A stretch of 64,000 nt of DNA, from contig CAZPCB010000001.1 of NCBI GenBank assembly GCA_964585065.1, positions 226,866 to 290,865 on the forward strand, in the 5' to 3' direction. Shown in pieces: positions 20,312-30,025 of the stretch. This DNA is from an uncultured Candidatus Saccharibacteria bacterium. GTDB lineage: Bacteria; Patescibacteriota; Minisyncoccia; SW-4-49-11. The translations under genes and the position numbers were made by a program. The notes beneath the pieces are model-generated. The model worked only from the letters and a program-made list of their open reading frames with translations. It did no database searches and was not told the DNA's origin. How positions within the stretch are numbered: the stretch's first letter is position 1; each line of letters starts with the position of its first letter.

Positions 20312-20842
20312 TTATTTATAATATGTTATTGCATTAATAGTTCCCTCTATATTACCTAATCCTTTAGCAAAAGATAAGCTAACGGCATTCACCCCTATAT
20401 ATCGCTTTGATTGTGTTAATTTCTGTAAAAAAGTATATATTTCTCTTTTACCTCCAGTTATTCTTAATAAAATATTCACTGGCCTTAATGTATTAATAGA
20501 AGTATTATTGGTATCTAAGTTATTAGTATCTTTTATTAGTGAACCCTGCTCATCTACAGAGATGGAAGCTATTTCAATATTAGATTCTCTTGCAAATTGT
20601 GTAAATTCTGTTGTAATCGCGGTCTTATCCAGTGAATCTGGTGTGAATTCATTTATTCTTTTTGCCAATTCTGAGGGCGACTTTTGATCAGCAAATGATT
20701 GGGTAATTTGTGTTTTTTTCTGTAATTCCTTTACTCCAGAGAATTTACTTGTCAAAAAATCAGTATAAAAATTAGTTATTGTCCAAATCAAAGTAATAAA
20801 TATAATACAGAATGAAATGGATAAAAGGGTTTTTTGATTCAT
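20312..20842 (-). CDS. pilO: PilO-like alignment protein
   Basis: N-terminal TM; FLQKLTQSKRYI motif; gene order. Confidence 0.75.
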   Translation of the reverse strand: MNQKTLLSISFCIIFITLIWTITNFYTDFLTSKFSGVKELQKKTQITQSFADQKSPSELAKRINEFTPDSLDKTAITTEFTQFARESNIEIASISVDEQGSLIKDTNNLDTNNTSINTLRPVNILLRITGGKREIYTFLQKLTQSKRYIGVNAVSLSFAKGLGNIEGTINAITYYK

Positions 20843-20847
20843 ATCAT

Positions 20848-21378
20848 CTACTTTAACTTAATCAATATATCAAGACTAACTCCACTACCCTCAGAATTCT
20901 TCCTAATATCTGAGGAAGAAGCATCTATAACACCTTTAACCTCCTTTATCTTAGATATTTGAGAATTAGCATCATCAAAAGAAAGCGCTTGTGCTGAAAG
21001 AATAATAGTCTTTTTTTGTGTACTATATACCCAAGAACTTGTTTTAAACCCAGTAGTATATGTTGCTTCAATTTCTTTCATAATTTCAACTGGATCATAT
21101 GTTTGAGAAATCAATGTATTCACATTATACACTGTTTTTTCTAAATCATCTTTTGGATAATATACACTATTTCTTTCATTTAAATCTGCTAAAATTTGAT
21201 TATATTCATTCGTAGGCTTTATAATATAAACCCAATAAACAGCACCCAATACTCCTATGTATATAATTAATGTCAATATAAATCCAATAATATACCCCCG
21301 ATAAGGATGCTCCTCTTTAATAGTCACATATCCCTCTGAGCCTTTTTGTCTATTAGGAATAAAGCTAATATTTTCCAT
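20848..21378 (-). CDS. pilN: PilN-like alignment protein
   Basis: NISFIP motif (INLLP-like) plus TM; follows pilM; ATG at 21378 chosen as start. Confidence 0.7.
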   Translation of the reverse strand: MENISFIPNRQKGSEGYVTIKEEHPYRGYIIGFILTLIIYIGVLGAVYWVYIIKPTNEYNQILADLNERNSVYYPKDDLEKTVYNVNTLISQTYDPVEIMKEIEATYTTGFKTSSWVYSTQKKTIILSAQALSFDDANSQISKIKEVKGVIDASSSDIRKNSEGSGVSLDILIKLK

Positions 21379-21379
21379 A

Positions 21380-22450
21380 TTATTCGACATAATCTTTAAG
21401 TGAAATACCAATTGACAATACCAAATCATGCCAAATTGCATGCAGAACTTCCTTATCCTTCACCCCTTTAATGCTCAGATTAGAATAGGGTTCTGCAACA
21501 GTAATAGTAATTTTTTGACTTACTCCTAATTGATTATTAATAACTAAATCAACAAATTCTCGAATACCGTCCATTTTAGCAAAGCCACCAAGCAATACAA
21601 TATCTTGTATTTTTTCTTCATTATTATCTTGGAATTGGTGAATAATACGCAATACTTCATTTTCAAAAAAGCTCTTAATCCCAGATTGTATTAAGGCTGA
21701 TATTTCTGACTTAGGACCAGATATTCCATTATCTTTTTTGAGTTTTTCTGCTTCTATACTGGATATATTATGAGAAGATGAAATTTTATCCGTAATATGA
21801 TTCCCTCCAAAATCAAATGATTGTATTAATTGCAATTGATCTTCTGTATTAACAATACTTACCGTACTGGTTCTTGCCCCAATATCTACAACACATACTT
21901 GACTATTGGGCAAATCAATAGAACGAATAATAGAGAAAGCATCTAATTCAAATCCCTTAATCGTAATACCTAGGGCTTTACTTACTTCAATATACGTATT
22001 TACCACACTATTAGGAATGGCAATTACTAATACATTTAATTTATCTTTTTCCTTATTAGGCCCTAAATTCATCCAATCTAATTGCACGCTGGTTAAAGGA
22101 ACAGGAATATATTGTTTTGCTTCAAGTGGTACAGCTGTAGACAACTCTTCAAATGACATAAGAGGAAATTGAACAACTGCTGAAAAAGCTAAATATGAAG
22201 GGATTGCAATATATGCCTCCTTTATTTCCATTTTAGCAGCATTAAGCATAGCTTGTATAATGGTGGTAATCTGAGATACAGAAATAATATGTTCCCCGTT
22301 TTTCTCTTGAATAATATTATCTAAATCATCATCCCAAATACTATAATTAATCACGGATATTTTCCCTCCTTGTTTTTGAACTTCCGAAATTTTAATAGTT
22401 TGTGTACCAATATCAATACCAAACGAATTTTTTACTCCTAATCCTAACAT
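21380..22450 (-). CDS. pilM: type IV pilus assembly protein PilM
   Basis: GIDIGT, EAKQYIP, VDIGARTS, LLGG actin-like motifs. Confidence 0.92.
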   Translation of the reverse strand: MLGLGVKNSFGIDIGTQTIKISEVQKQGGKISVINYSIWDDDLDNIIQEKNGEHIISVSQITTIIQAMLNAAKMEIKEAYIAIPSYLAFSAVVQFPLMSFEELSTAVPLEAKQYIPVPLTSVQLDWMNLGPNKEKDKLNVLVIAIPNSVVNTYIEVSKALGITIKGFELDAFSIIRSIDLPNSQVCVVDIGARTSTVSIVNTEDQLQLIQSFDFGGNHITDKISSSHNISSIEAEKLKKDNGISGPKSEISALIQSGIKSFFENEVLRIIHQFQDNNEEKIQDIVLLGGFAKMDGIREFVDLVINNQLGVSQKITITVAEPYSNLSIKGVKDKEVLHAIWHDLVLSIGISLKDYVE

Positions 22451-22506
22451 TGCTTTTATTTATTGATATTATTCTATAGTATAATAATATCATATGGTAT
22501 ATAAAC

Positions 22507-23214
22507 ATGCAAGATTCACTATCCACATTATTACAAAATAGCATAATACCGAATCAATGTATTATTTGCCATAAACTTCATATTTCGAATTTATGCGCTG
22601 ATTGCCTATCCAAAATCCCACATAAGCCTAATCTCTGGATACACAAATATATACAACAGAAATCATTATTTGTCCCCAAAATACATACAAATATTCAACC
22701 TAATCTTGTAGAGGGTAAACTTATGAGTATACTTACCTGTACCCCATTTAATGATCCAATTATACGTAAAAGTATTCATTATCTCAAGTATAAAAATATT
22801 CCCCAAATAGCTGAGCCCCTAGGAGCCATAATGCTTCGTACCCTCACACAACATATACGATTAAAGTCCAATATTATTCTCTGTCCCATTCCCCTTCATA
22901 ACAAACGATTACAATTTCGGGGATATAATCAATCTGTATTATTAGCTCAATATTTAGCTGATAAGCTCAAATTACCTCTTTATCTTGATTTACAGCGTAT
23001 ACGTGATACCCCACAACAAATGCGTATTAAAGACAGGCAAGATAGAGTAGAGAATGTAATTGATTCTTTTGAGGCTTATTCTCGAGCTCCAAAAAACTCT
23101 ACCATAATTATTATTGATGATGTCACAACGACTTTATCCACAATTGAAGAGACTGCTAAATCCTTATATAAACAGGGTTTTTGCGATATACATGCGCTTG
23201 TTTTGGCTCATTAG
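22507..23214 (+). CDS. comF: competence protein ComF
   Basis: CxxC...CxxC, RGYNQS, IIDDVTTT phosphoribosyltransferase motif. Confidence 0.9.
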   Translation: MQDSLSTLLQNSIIPNQCIICHKLHISNLCADCLSKIPHKPNLWIHKYIQQKSLFVPKIHTNIQPNLVEGKLMSILTCTPFNDPIIRKSIHYLKYKNIPQIAEPLGAIMLRTLTQHIRLKSNIILCPIPLHNKRLQFRGYNQSVLLAQYLADKLKLPLYLDLQRIRDTPQQMRIKDRQDRVENVIDSFEAYSRAPKNSTIIIIDDVTTTLSTIEETAKSLYKQGFCDIHALVLAH

Positions 23215-23300
23215 CCAATATCTATTATCAAGAGTATAAAAGATATGATATAATAGCAACAAAGTTTATATAACTTTGTTTAACAGATAAAAACACAGAA

Positions 23301-23624
23301 ATGGAAAGCACCGTAGATAAAGAATTTGTTTCATATATTGTTAAGTCAATTGTAGATAATCCTAATGATGTTCTGATTGAAAGAACAGTGGATGAAATGG
23401 GAGTATTAATAACGTTACAAGTCAATCCCAGTGATATGGGTTATGTGATTGGAAAGGCAGGATCTACTGCCAAGGCAATTCGCTCCCTTCTCCGTATTGT
23501 GGGAGCTCGTAATAATGCTCGAGTTAATCTCAAAATTCTTGAGCCAGAACAAGGTGTGAGAAATGAAACTCGATTATCTAATTCAGAAGATATTAATCAA
23601 GCTGTGGATAACTTAAATCTCTAA
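23301..23624 (+). CDS. khpA: KH-domain RNA-binding protein
   Basis: DMGYVIGKAGSTAKAIRSLL KH motif. Confidence 0.9.
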   Translation: MESTVDKEFVSYIVKSIVDNPNDVLIERTVDEMGVLITLQVNPSDMGYVIGKAGSTAKAIRSLLRIVGARNNARVNLKILEPEQGVRNETRLSNSEDINQAVDNLNL

Positions 23625-23627
23625 TAT

Positions 23628-24320
23628 ATGCGTTTTGATATATTAACTCTTTTTCCAGAAATTATTACTCCTTATATTAATAATGGAGTAATTGGGAGGG
23701 CTCAAAATCTCAAACAAAGTATTGAAGTTGGTATTCATAATATACGTGATTATACCAATAATCCTCATAATAAAGTTGATGATACTCCATTTGGGGGTGG
23801 GGCTGGTATGATATTACAAATAGAACCTATTTATGAGGCTCTTTCTTCCCTCATTAATCAATATCCTGATACCAAAAAACATATTATTTTAACCAAGGCG
23901 GGGGCTCCAATATTTAATCAAGAAAAGGCTATATCTCTTGGGGATACCTATAATCATATTATTTTTATTTGTGGTCGCTATGAAGGTGTGGACTCAAGAG
24001 TAGAAAAATATTTAACCCATGAATCCTTATCTATTGGGCAATTTGTATTAACAGGGGGTGAATTACCTGCTCTGGTTATGCTCGATGCTATTTCTCGACA
24101 TATTCCTGAAGTACTTGGTAATCAAGAATCTCTAACTGAGGAATCCTGGACTAATACTGATACTAAGGAATATCCTCATTATTCTCGTCCAGCTATTTTT
24201 ACTCCTACTAATCCCCAATTAATTAAACCTGATGCCCCTGCTAATTGGGAAGTGCCCGAAATATTATTATCAGGAAATCATCAAGCCATCGAGTCTTGGC
24301 GAAAAGATCAAAGGATATAA
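23628..24320 (+). CDS. trmD: tRNA (guanine-N1)-methyltransferase
   Basis: VDDTPFGGGAGM, CGRYEGVD, SIGQFVLTGGE. Confidence 0.97.
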   Translation: MRFDILTLFPEIITPYINNGVIGRAQNLKQSIEVGIHNIRDYTNNPHNKVDDTPFGGGAGMILQIEPIYEALSSLINQYPDTKKHIILTKAGAPIFNQEKAISLGDTYNHIIFICGRYEGVDSRVEKYLTHESLSIGQFVLTGGELPALVMLDAISRHIPEVLGNQESLTEESWTNTDTKEYPHYSRPAIFTPTNPQLIKPDAPANWEVPEILLSGNHQAIESWRKDQRI

Positions 24321-24380
24321 TTATCTTTTCGAATCAAAAGATATATGCTATAATTAACTCGAAATACCAATATATTTATT

Positions 24381-24857
24381 ATGGCTAAACAAAAAAAATC
24401 ATCTCTTTACAACTATCAAGCCTTAGAGTTTGATAAATATGAAAAAACTCCTACTTGGTATGTTCTTTTTGGTATTATAGGTATTCTCCTTTTGATATAT
24501 GCAATATTCACACGCTCCCCAATGATGTTTGTGGTATTTGTTTTAACCTTTGTTGTTACCCTATTAATATCAAGTAAAGATCCTGAATATATAACTGTTG
24601 AAATTACTGAGACAGGAATTAATTTAGACTCCAAAAGAACATTTCAATTTCAAGATATTGAATCATTTGGTGTTTTTATAAGACAAGATGTCAGATTCAT
24701 ATCTCTTCATATGGCAACAGGTGTCTTAACACATGCCCGTATTCCTCTTGGCAAAGAAAATCCTGATGATATTGCTGATATACTTGAGCAATTTATCCCT
24801 AGAGAGGATGGGAAAGAATCATTTTTTGACACCCTAGATCATTTCCTTAAAATTTAA
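24381..24857 (+). CDS. membrane protein (2 TM plus small cytoplasmic domain)
   Basis: ORF with two hydrophobic helices; promoter-like ATATGCTATAAT upstream. Confidence 0.75.
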   Translation: MAKQKKSSLYNYQALEFDKYEKTPTWYVLFGIIGILLLIYAIFTRSPMMFVVFVLTFVVTLLISSKDPEYITVEITETGINLDSKRTFQFQDIESFGVFIRQDVRFISLHMATGVLTHARIPLGKENPDDIADILEQFIPREDGKESFFDTLDHFLKI

Positions 24858-24858
24858 T

Positions 24859-24935
24859 GTACCTATAGCTCAGTTGGATAGAGCGCAGGTTTGCGGAACC
24901 TGAGGTCAGAGGTTCGAACCCTCTTAGGTACACCA
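24859..24935 (+). tRNA. tRNA-Arg(GCG)
   Basis: acceptor GTACCTA/TAGGTAC, anticodon arm CAGGT-ttGCGga-ACCTG, GGTTCGAA T-loop, encoded CCA. Confidence 0.95.
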
Positions 24936-24946
24936 ATACCGTATAT

Positions 24947-27073
24947 ATGAATGTTCTCTATACCCCTATTACAAATCTAAAGCCAAAACCTACTCCTAGG
25001 CTTATTAGCAGTTTTCATAAATTAGGAATTCATACTCTTGCACAACTCCTTTTATATCCACCCAAAAAATTTATTAATTATACTCATTTTCAAACCTTAG
25101 ATAATATTAATACTATTCTCCCAGGAACTCCTGCTGTATTTGAAATAACTATTATTCATAAGAAATCGACTCGCCTCAGAGGTCGTAATCTTGTTTTAGG
25201 GGAAATTACTATACAAGATGAGACTGATCAATATACTATTACCCTTTTTAATCAAAAATTATTATTTGAATCTCTCCAAATAGGTTCACAATATGCCCTA
25301 TCTGCTATTATAAAACCTAATACTAAAGCTCCTCTTACCAATATAAGTTTTGAGCGAATATTGCCACAAAAAATCCTCTTACATTCTCATCGATTAGTAC
25401 CTATTTACCCAGAGACTTTTGGTATAACTTCAAAAATGCTTAGATATCGTATTGATCTTGCTATTAAACAATTTGGACTATTACCTGAAACTTTACCTGA
25501 ATGGGTTTTACAAAAAGCTCATATCCCTGATATTAATACCACTATTCAATATTTACATTATCCTCGCAGCACCGATAATATTCATCACGCTAAACAAAGA
25601 CTCATATTCGAAGAAGCTTTTATTATGCAATTATATATTGCCAAACAAAAACTACTCTTTCAATCTAAATATGCTCCTGCATTAATGACTCAAACAGAGA
25701 AAATTCAAGAATTTATTAGTAAGCTACCCTTTGAGTTAACCAAGGCTCAGCAAAAATCTATACAAGAAATCCTGGGTGATATTGCCAAACCCTCCCCTAT
25801 GAATAGATTATTAGAGGGAGATGTTGGTACTGGCAAAACTATTGTCGCAACAATAGCAATGCTTAATTCCTATTTTAATACAGCTCAATCGGTAATGATG
25901 GCCCCTACTGAAATACTTGCAACTCAACATTTTGAAGGAATCACCAAATTAACACAGAATATAAGCTCACCCCCAATTATCGCCTTGATTACCTCTAAAG
26001 AATCTCGTATATCTACTGATATTGAGCTGGGGTCTTGGACCACTATTCCCAAAAAAGAATTATTGCGTAAAATTGCAAGAGGAAATATTGATATTATTAT
26101 TGGTACGCATAGTGTTATTACTGATCAATTACAATATAAAGATCTTGCTCTTGTTATCGTAGATGAGCAACATCGATTTGGAGTAAAGCAAAGAGCAGAA
26201 TTACAAACTATGATTAGTAAAGCTAAGGATAAAAGCTCAGAGACAATTTCTCATCTTTTAAGTATGACGGCAACCCCAATACCTCGTACCTTGGCTCTTA
26301 GCATATATGGTGATTTAGATATATCTCTATTAGATGAATATCCCGCTGGAAGAAAACTCATAAAAACTAAATTAGTCCCTCCATCCAAAAGAACAGAAGC
26401 CTATACCTTTATACGCAAGCATATACAATCCGGTAGACAAGCCTTTGTGGTATGCCCTAAAATTGAAGCTGATGAAGAATCTGATATCAAATCTGTAGAA
26501 GAAACTTTTATTGACTTATCTCAAAATATATTCCCTGATCTTAGAATTAATATGATGCATGGGAAAATGAAAACTGCCGAAAAAGATACAATTATTCAAG
26601 ATTTCAAAAATCGGAAATTTGATATACTTGTTGCCACCTCCGTAATAGAAGTTGGTATTGATATCCCAAATGCCAGTATTATAGTAATAGAAGGGGCTGA
26701 GCGCTTTGGACTCGCTCAATTACATCAATTCCGAGGAAGAGTGGGCCGAGGAGAATATCAATCCTTTTGTTTTTTATTTGAAACGGGTGAGCAAGAAGTG
26801 TCCATGAATCAAAGATTAAAAGCTATTGAAAAAGCCAATAATGGATTTGAGCTCGCGGAAAAAGATTTAGCTATTAGAGGTCCTGGTCAATTTATTGGAT
26901 CTAATCAAAGTGGAATATCAGATATTAGTATGGAGGCTTTACTCAATAAAGAGATTATTGTACAAACTCGTAATATATCGCAGGAAATCCTAAATCAAGA
27001 TACTACTCTTAATATGTATCCAGAATTAAAATCTCGTCTATCGCATTTTGAAGATACCGTACATTTTGAATAA
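24947..27073 (+). CDS. recG: ATP-dependent DNA helicase RecG
   Basis: GDVGTGKT, DEQHRFG, MTATPIPRT, QLHQFRGRVGR. Confidence 0.96.
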   Translation: MNVLYTPITNLKPKPTPRLISSFHKLGIHTLAQLLLYPPKKFINYTHFQTLDNINTILPGTPAVFEITIIHKKSTRLRGRNLVLGEITIQDETDQYTITLFNQKLLFESLQIGSQYALSAIIKPNTKAPLTNISFERILPQKILLHSHRLVPIYPETFGITSKMLRYRIDLAIKQFGLLPETLPEWVLQKAHIPDINTTIQYLHYPRSTDNIHHAKQRLIFEEAFIMQLYIAKQKLLFQSKYAPALMTQTEKIQEFISKLPFELTKAQQKSIQEILGDIAKPSPMNRLLEGDVGTGKTIVATIAMLNSYFNTAQSVMMAPTEILATQHFEGITKLTQNISSPPIIALITSKESRISTDIELGSWTTIPKKELLRKIARGNIDIIIGTHSVITDQLQYKDLALVIVDEQHRFGVKQRAELQTMISKAKDKSSETISHLLSMTATPIPRTLALSIYGDLDISLLDEYPAGRKLIKTKLVPPSKRTEAYTFIRKHIQSGRQAFVVCPKIEADEESDIKSVEETFIDLSQNIFPDLRINMMHGKMKTAEKDTIIQDFKNRKFDILVATSVIEVGIDIPNASIIVIEGAERFGLAQLHQFRGRVGRGEYQSFCFLFETGEQEVSMNQRLKAIEKANNGFELAEKDLAIRGPGQFIGSNQSGISDISMEALLNKEIIVQTRNISQEILNQDTTLNMYPELKSRLSHFEDTVHFE

Positions 27074-28360
27074 TTATTCTTTCCAATTCCAATCAGAATT
27101 AATATATTCAGATACTTGTTTCGATTTTGGCTTATAATCTAAATTAAATCCAAATCCTGCAATACCTGGCTGTTTTTGAATTTGAAAACTATATTGTTGA
27201 GTTTTGGGAATAGTATAATCGATGACAATATCCTTAGTACTATTAAAAGGAATATCTATTTGAAATCCTGCTACTTTTTTATTATATTCGCTATTATAGT
27301 CAATTTTGTCTTTTTCAATACCAGTAATAGTATTAATAAAAGCATTTTGTGGTAATAATATTCTACTATATGACTTATAATCATTATTGAGAGGTGAGGC
27401 AGTCTGAGCAGTATTAGTATATCGTATGGTAATTGTGGAGCATAATTTGTCCCCACAAGTATTAACTGTTTTACTAATATCTCGCTTCATATAATAATCA
27501 GTTTTGAGAGAACCTAAATTAGCATCTACTAACATAAAATAATCCCCCTCCCCATTATTCTCAATAGCCCCATCCCAATTCAAAGTCTCAACTTTATCTT
27601 GTACTTTTTGATCTGAGCTCCATAATAATAGTTGCTTTTGATTAGCCTGCTCTATAAGCATATTCCCAATTTTATATAATGTTTGAGGAGAGGCTTTGCG
27701 AATTCTCTTCTCTACTTCAACTGCTAAATTTTTAATAGGCTCTTTACGGTCAGCACGACTTATCCCCTTATCAATAAATCCAAAATTAAGTTCATATTGT
27801 ACAGATAATAATACATTATCGGCATTTAATTCTCCATCTATTCCCTCTACATTCACTGGCCCAATAATTTTTAATATTTCAGGGAGAACAGCAGCATTTA
27901 CTGCAATAATACCATTTATATTTTGACTTCCCCCCTCCAATTTATATAAATCAATCATTTGTTTTGCTGTAGTTGGAAAATCTGGAGACCAATTTCCATC
28001 TCTCATTTGTAATGTATCGACTCCTAGCATAATTTTTATAGGCTCAGGAGCATTAATACCAGGCTTTCCATAATCAAAGGCATTCGTATTATAAATAGTA
28101 TACTTTTTCACTTTTCCTTTACTCAAAGTAACTTCTGCAAAATTACCTACAAATCCCCCTGTTGGTCTTAATTCTAAGGTATTCTGGAATAATACTAAAT
28201 AGGTGACATCTCCCTGTTTTTGTATAGCCTGTACAAGAGCAATTTCTTGTCTATATTGAGACCAAATAATTCCCCAGATAATAAGACCTATACTTATTAT
28301 TATCAATAGTATAATACCAATTATGGTAAAAATTCTCTTTTTGGGAGAGACTTTTTTCAT
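27074..28360 (-). CDS. DUF4012-like membrane-anchored protein
   Basis: N-terminal TM; YLVLFQNTLELRPTGGF, RDGNWSPDFP, QKQPG motifs. Confidence 0.8.
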   Translation of the reverse strand: MKKVSPKKRIFTIIGIILLIIISIGLIIWGIIWSQYRQEIALVQAIQKQGDVTYLVLFQNTLELRPTGGFVGNFAEVTLSKGKVKKYTIYNTNAFDYGKPGINAPEPIKIMLGVDTLQMRDGNWSPDFPTTAKQMIDLYKLEGGSQNINGIIAVNAAVLPEILKIIGPVNVEGIDGELNADNVLLSVQYELNFGFIDKGISRADRKEPIKNLAVEVEKRIRKASPQTLYKIGNMLIEQANQKQLLLWSSDQKVQDKVETLNWDGAIENNGEGDYFMLVDANLGSLKTDYYMKRDISKTVNTCGDKLCSTITIRYTNTAQTASPLNNDYKSYSRILLPQNAFINTITGIEKDKIDYNSEYNKKVAGFQIDIPFNSTKDIVIDYTIPKTQQYSFQIQKQPGIAGFGFNLDYKPKSKQVSEYINSDWNWKE

Positions 28361-28365
28361 ATCTA

Positions 28366-29547
28366 TTAATATTTCAAAGCTGCCGTAACCTGAATACCAG
28401 CACCCCTATATAGACGAGAGTCTCTCTGATATACATTTTCAAGAGCTTTTATAATATGATTCCAAGAATAATGATACCGTATTTCCTCTTGTAATATGTC
28501 CGCAAGTTCCAAAGCTCCTCGATAATCCCCCAATACATGCTCTAATTGATGTTTGAGAGAAGCAATATTATTCACCTTTGCAATATGCCCAAGATCCCCC
28601 ACAATTTCAAGATTTTCGCGAATATCGGATACAATAACAGGAATTCCATAACTTCCTGCCTCCAAAAGAGAAATAGATAATCCCTCTGAAGATGATGGAA
28701 GAACATATATTGCTGCATTAGCAAATAATTGTTTTAATGTTCTGCCTAATTGATGACCGGTAAATATAATATTTTTATCTCCATCTGCTAAATCATGAAG
28801 ATATTGTTCATATTCTCTGGTATAAGAAGGTCCTCCCACAATAACAAGCTTTTTCCCATATTTATGAGCCATTTGCTGATACGCCTGTATCAAAATATGA
28901 GCATTTTTATGTTTAACTAGTCTTGCAATAAATACAATATAGCCTTGTTTTTTGAGACCAAATTTGGCTAATTCTGAATCAGAACTAATATGATTAAACA
29001 CGGTACCATTTGGTATATAAGTAGCCTTAATATCAAATTCTCGAGATATAAAATAGCGTAAACTCTTAGAAACTGTTACTACTTCATCAGCAAAATGACA
29101 TCCTGTCCAAGCCCCTAATTTTAACATTGACTTAGCAAAAAGATTCCATTTTCCATGATACCAATCAGCACTATGAAATGTAAATACCACCTTGGTATAT
29201 CTATGTCCAAATAGATATTTGATAGCAAATCCGAGGCGAGCAAATGGAGTTAATAAGGCGGGGCCCACTGAATTGATATGAAGTACATCCAAATCTGGGA
29301 TAAAAAAACTATTCCAAATAGAAGTAAATGTATGAGTAATAGCATCCAAACTTTTGGTGGCAATAGAAGGGGTTTCAATTACCTGTACCCCTTTATAATT
29401 CCCTTCAGGAGCATAGGATTTACGTGTATAAACAATAATATCATGGTTCCGTCGAGCAAGTCTCACTGCAATATTATCAACATAGTTCTCCACACCACCC
29501 CCAGCTGAGGCAGGAATACCTTTTTGACCTATAAAAGCAATTTTCAT
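28366..29547 (-). CDS. glycosyltransferase family 4
   Basis: GQKGIPA..GGVE, PSSSEGLSISLLEAGSYG. Confidence 0.92.
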   Translation of the reverse strand: MKIAFIGQKGIPASAGGGVENYVDNIAVRLARRNHDIIVYTRKSYAPEGNYKGVQVIETPSIATKSLDAITHTFTSIWNSFFIPDLDVLHINSVGPALLTPFARLGFAIKYLFGHRYTKVVFTFHSADWYHGKWNLFAKSMLKLGAWTGCHFADEVVTVSKSLRYFISREFDIKATYIPNGTVFNHISSDSELAKFGLKKQGYIVFIARLVKHKNAHILIQAYQQMAHKYGKKLVIVGGPSYTREYEQYLHDLADGDKNIIFTGHQLGRTLKQLFANAAIYVLPSSSEGLSISLLEAGSYGIPVIVSDIRENLEIVGDLGHIAKVNNIASLKHQLEHVLGDYRGALELADILQEEIRYHYSWNHIIKALENVYQRDSRLYRGAGIQVTAALKY

Positions 29548-29578
29548 GAAAATACTAATAGTAATCTAATTAATATAA

Positions 29579-29607
29579 ATTATAGCATATTTTGACTCAA
29601 ATGTCAA
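29579..29607 (-). promoter_or_regulatory. consensus sigma70 promoter of the GT4 gene
   Basis: TTGACA-17-TATAAT with ATATGC extended -10. Confidence 0.85.
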
Positions 29608-29623
29608 AAGTTTTCAACAACTG

Positions 29624-29660
29624 AAATAAAGAAAAGCCCACCCTCGAATTGAGAGTGAAC
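29624..29660 (-). terminator. terminator of cassette 5
   Basis: GTTCACTCTC-aattc-GAGGGTGGGC plus T tract on the minus strand. Confidence 0.75.
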
Positions 29661-29674
29661 CTAAAGTTGAAGCA

Positions 29675-29866
29675 TTACCAAATGAGTCGAATACCTGTCA
29701 TAAATATATCAGCTCCAATCAAACCTGAGAGGAGAGATAAAATACTAAGCAGTACCTGAGACTGCTGAGGAATATTCTCTGACATAATATCTTCTTCGGC
29801 AATACTATGCTGAATGATTACAGCTACCAAAATAGATACAATCAGTAAGACTGGGTTGCGTCTCAT
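29675..29866 (-). CDS. cassette 5: 63-aa protein with two hydrophobic helices
   Basis: ATG at 29866 below a TATAAT (29894-29899); own terminator. Confidence 0.6.
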   Translation of the reverse strand: MRRNPVLLIVSILVAVIIQHSIAEEDIMSENIPQQSQVLLSILSLLSGLIGADIFMTGIRLIW

Positions 29867-29916
29867 GAATCTAAAAGAGCAGATATAAAATCTATTATAG
29901 CCTATATTCTTACAAA

Positions 29917-29948
29917 ATGAAAATCCCCAACTGCAAGCAGCTGGAGAT
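29917..29948 (-). terminator. terminator of cassette 4
   Basis: ATCTCCAGCTGC-tt-GCAGTTGGGGAT plus T-rich tail on the minus strand. Confidence 0.7.
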
Positions 29949-29951
29949 ATA

Positions 29952-30025
29952 GGGGTAAAACCAGAAATGGTCAAGGCGACTGCTCCCCGTGAGGGGTTAG
30001 TTGCTATCATTTTTGGTTTTACTTC
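29952..30025 (+). other. 74-nt hairpin that folds preferentially on the + strand
   Basis: 32 pairs including 7 G.T wobbles, CAA bulge, GTGA (GNRA) tetraloop. Confidence 0.75.

Noticed and set aside
29867-30010. N-terminal extension of the 29675 ORF to 111 aa, and likewise the track starts at 31220 and 32336
   Set aside because: The extensions run through terminator, hairpin or promoter sequence; downstream ATGs fit the promoters and give clean N-termini.
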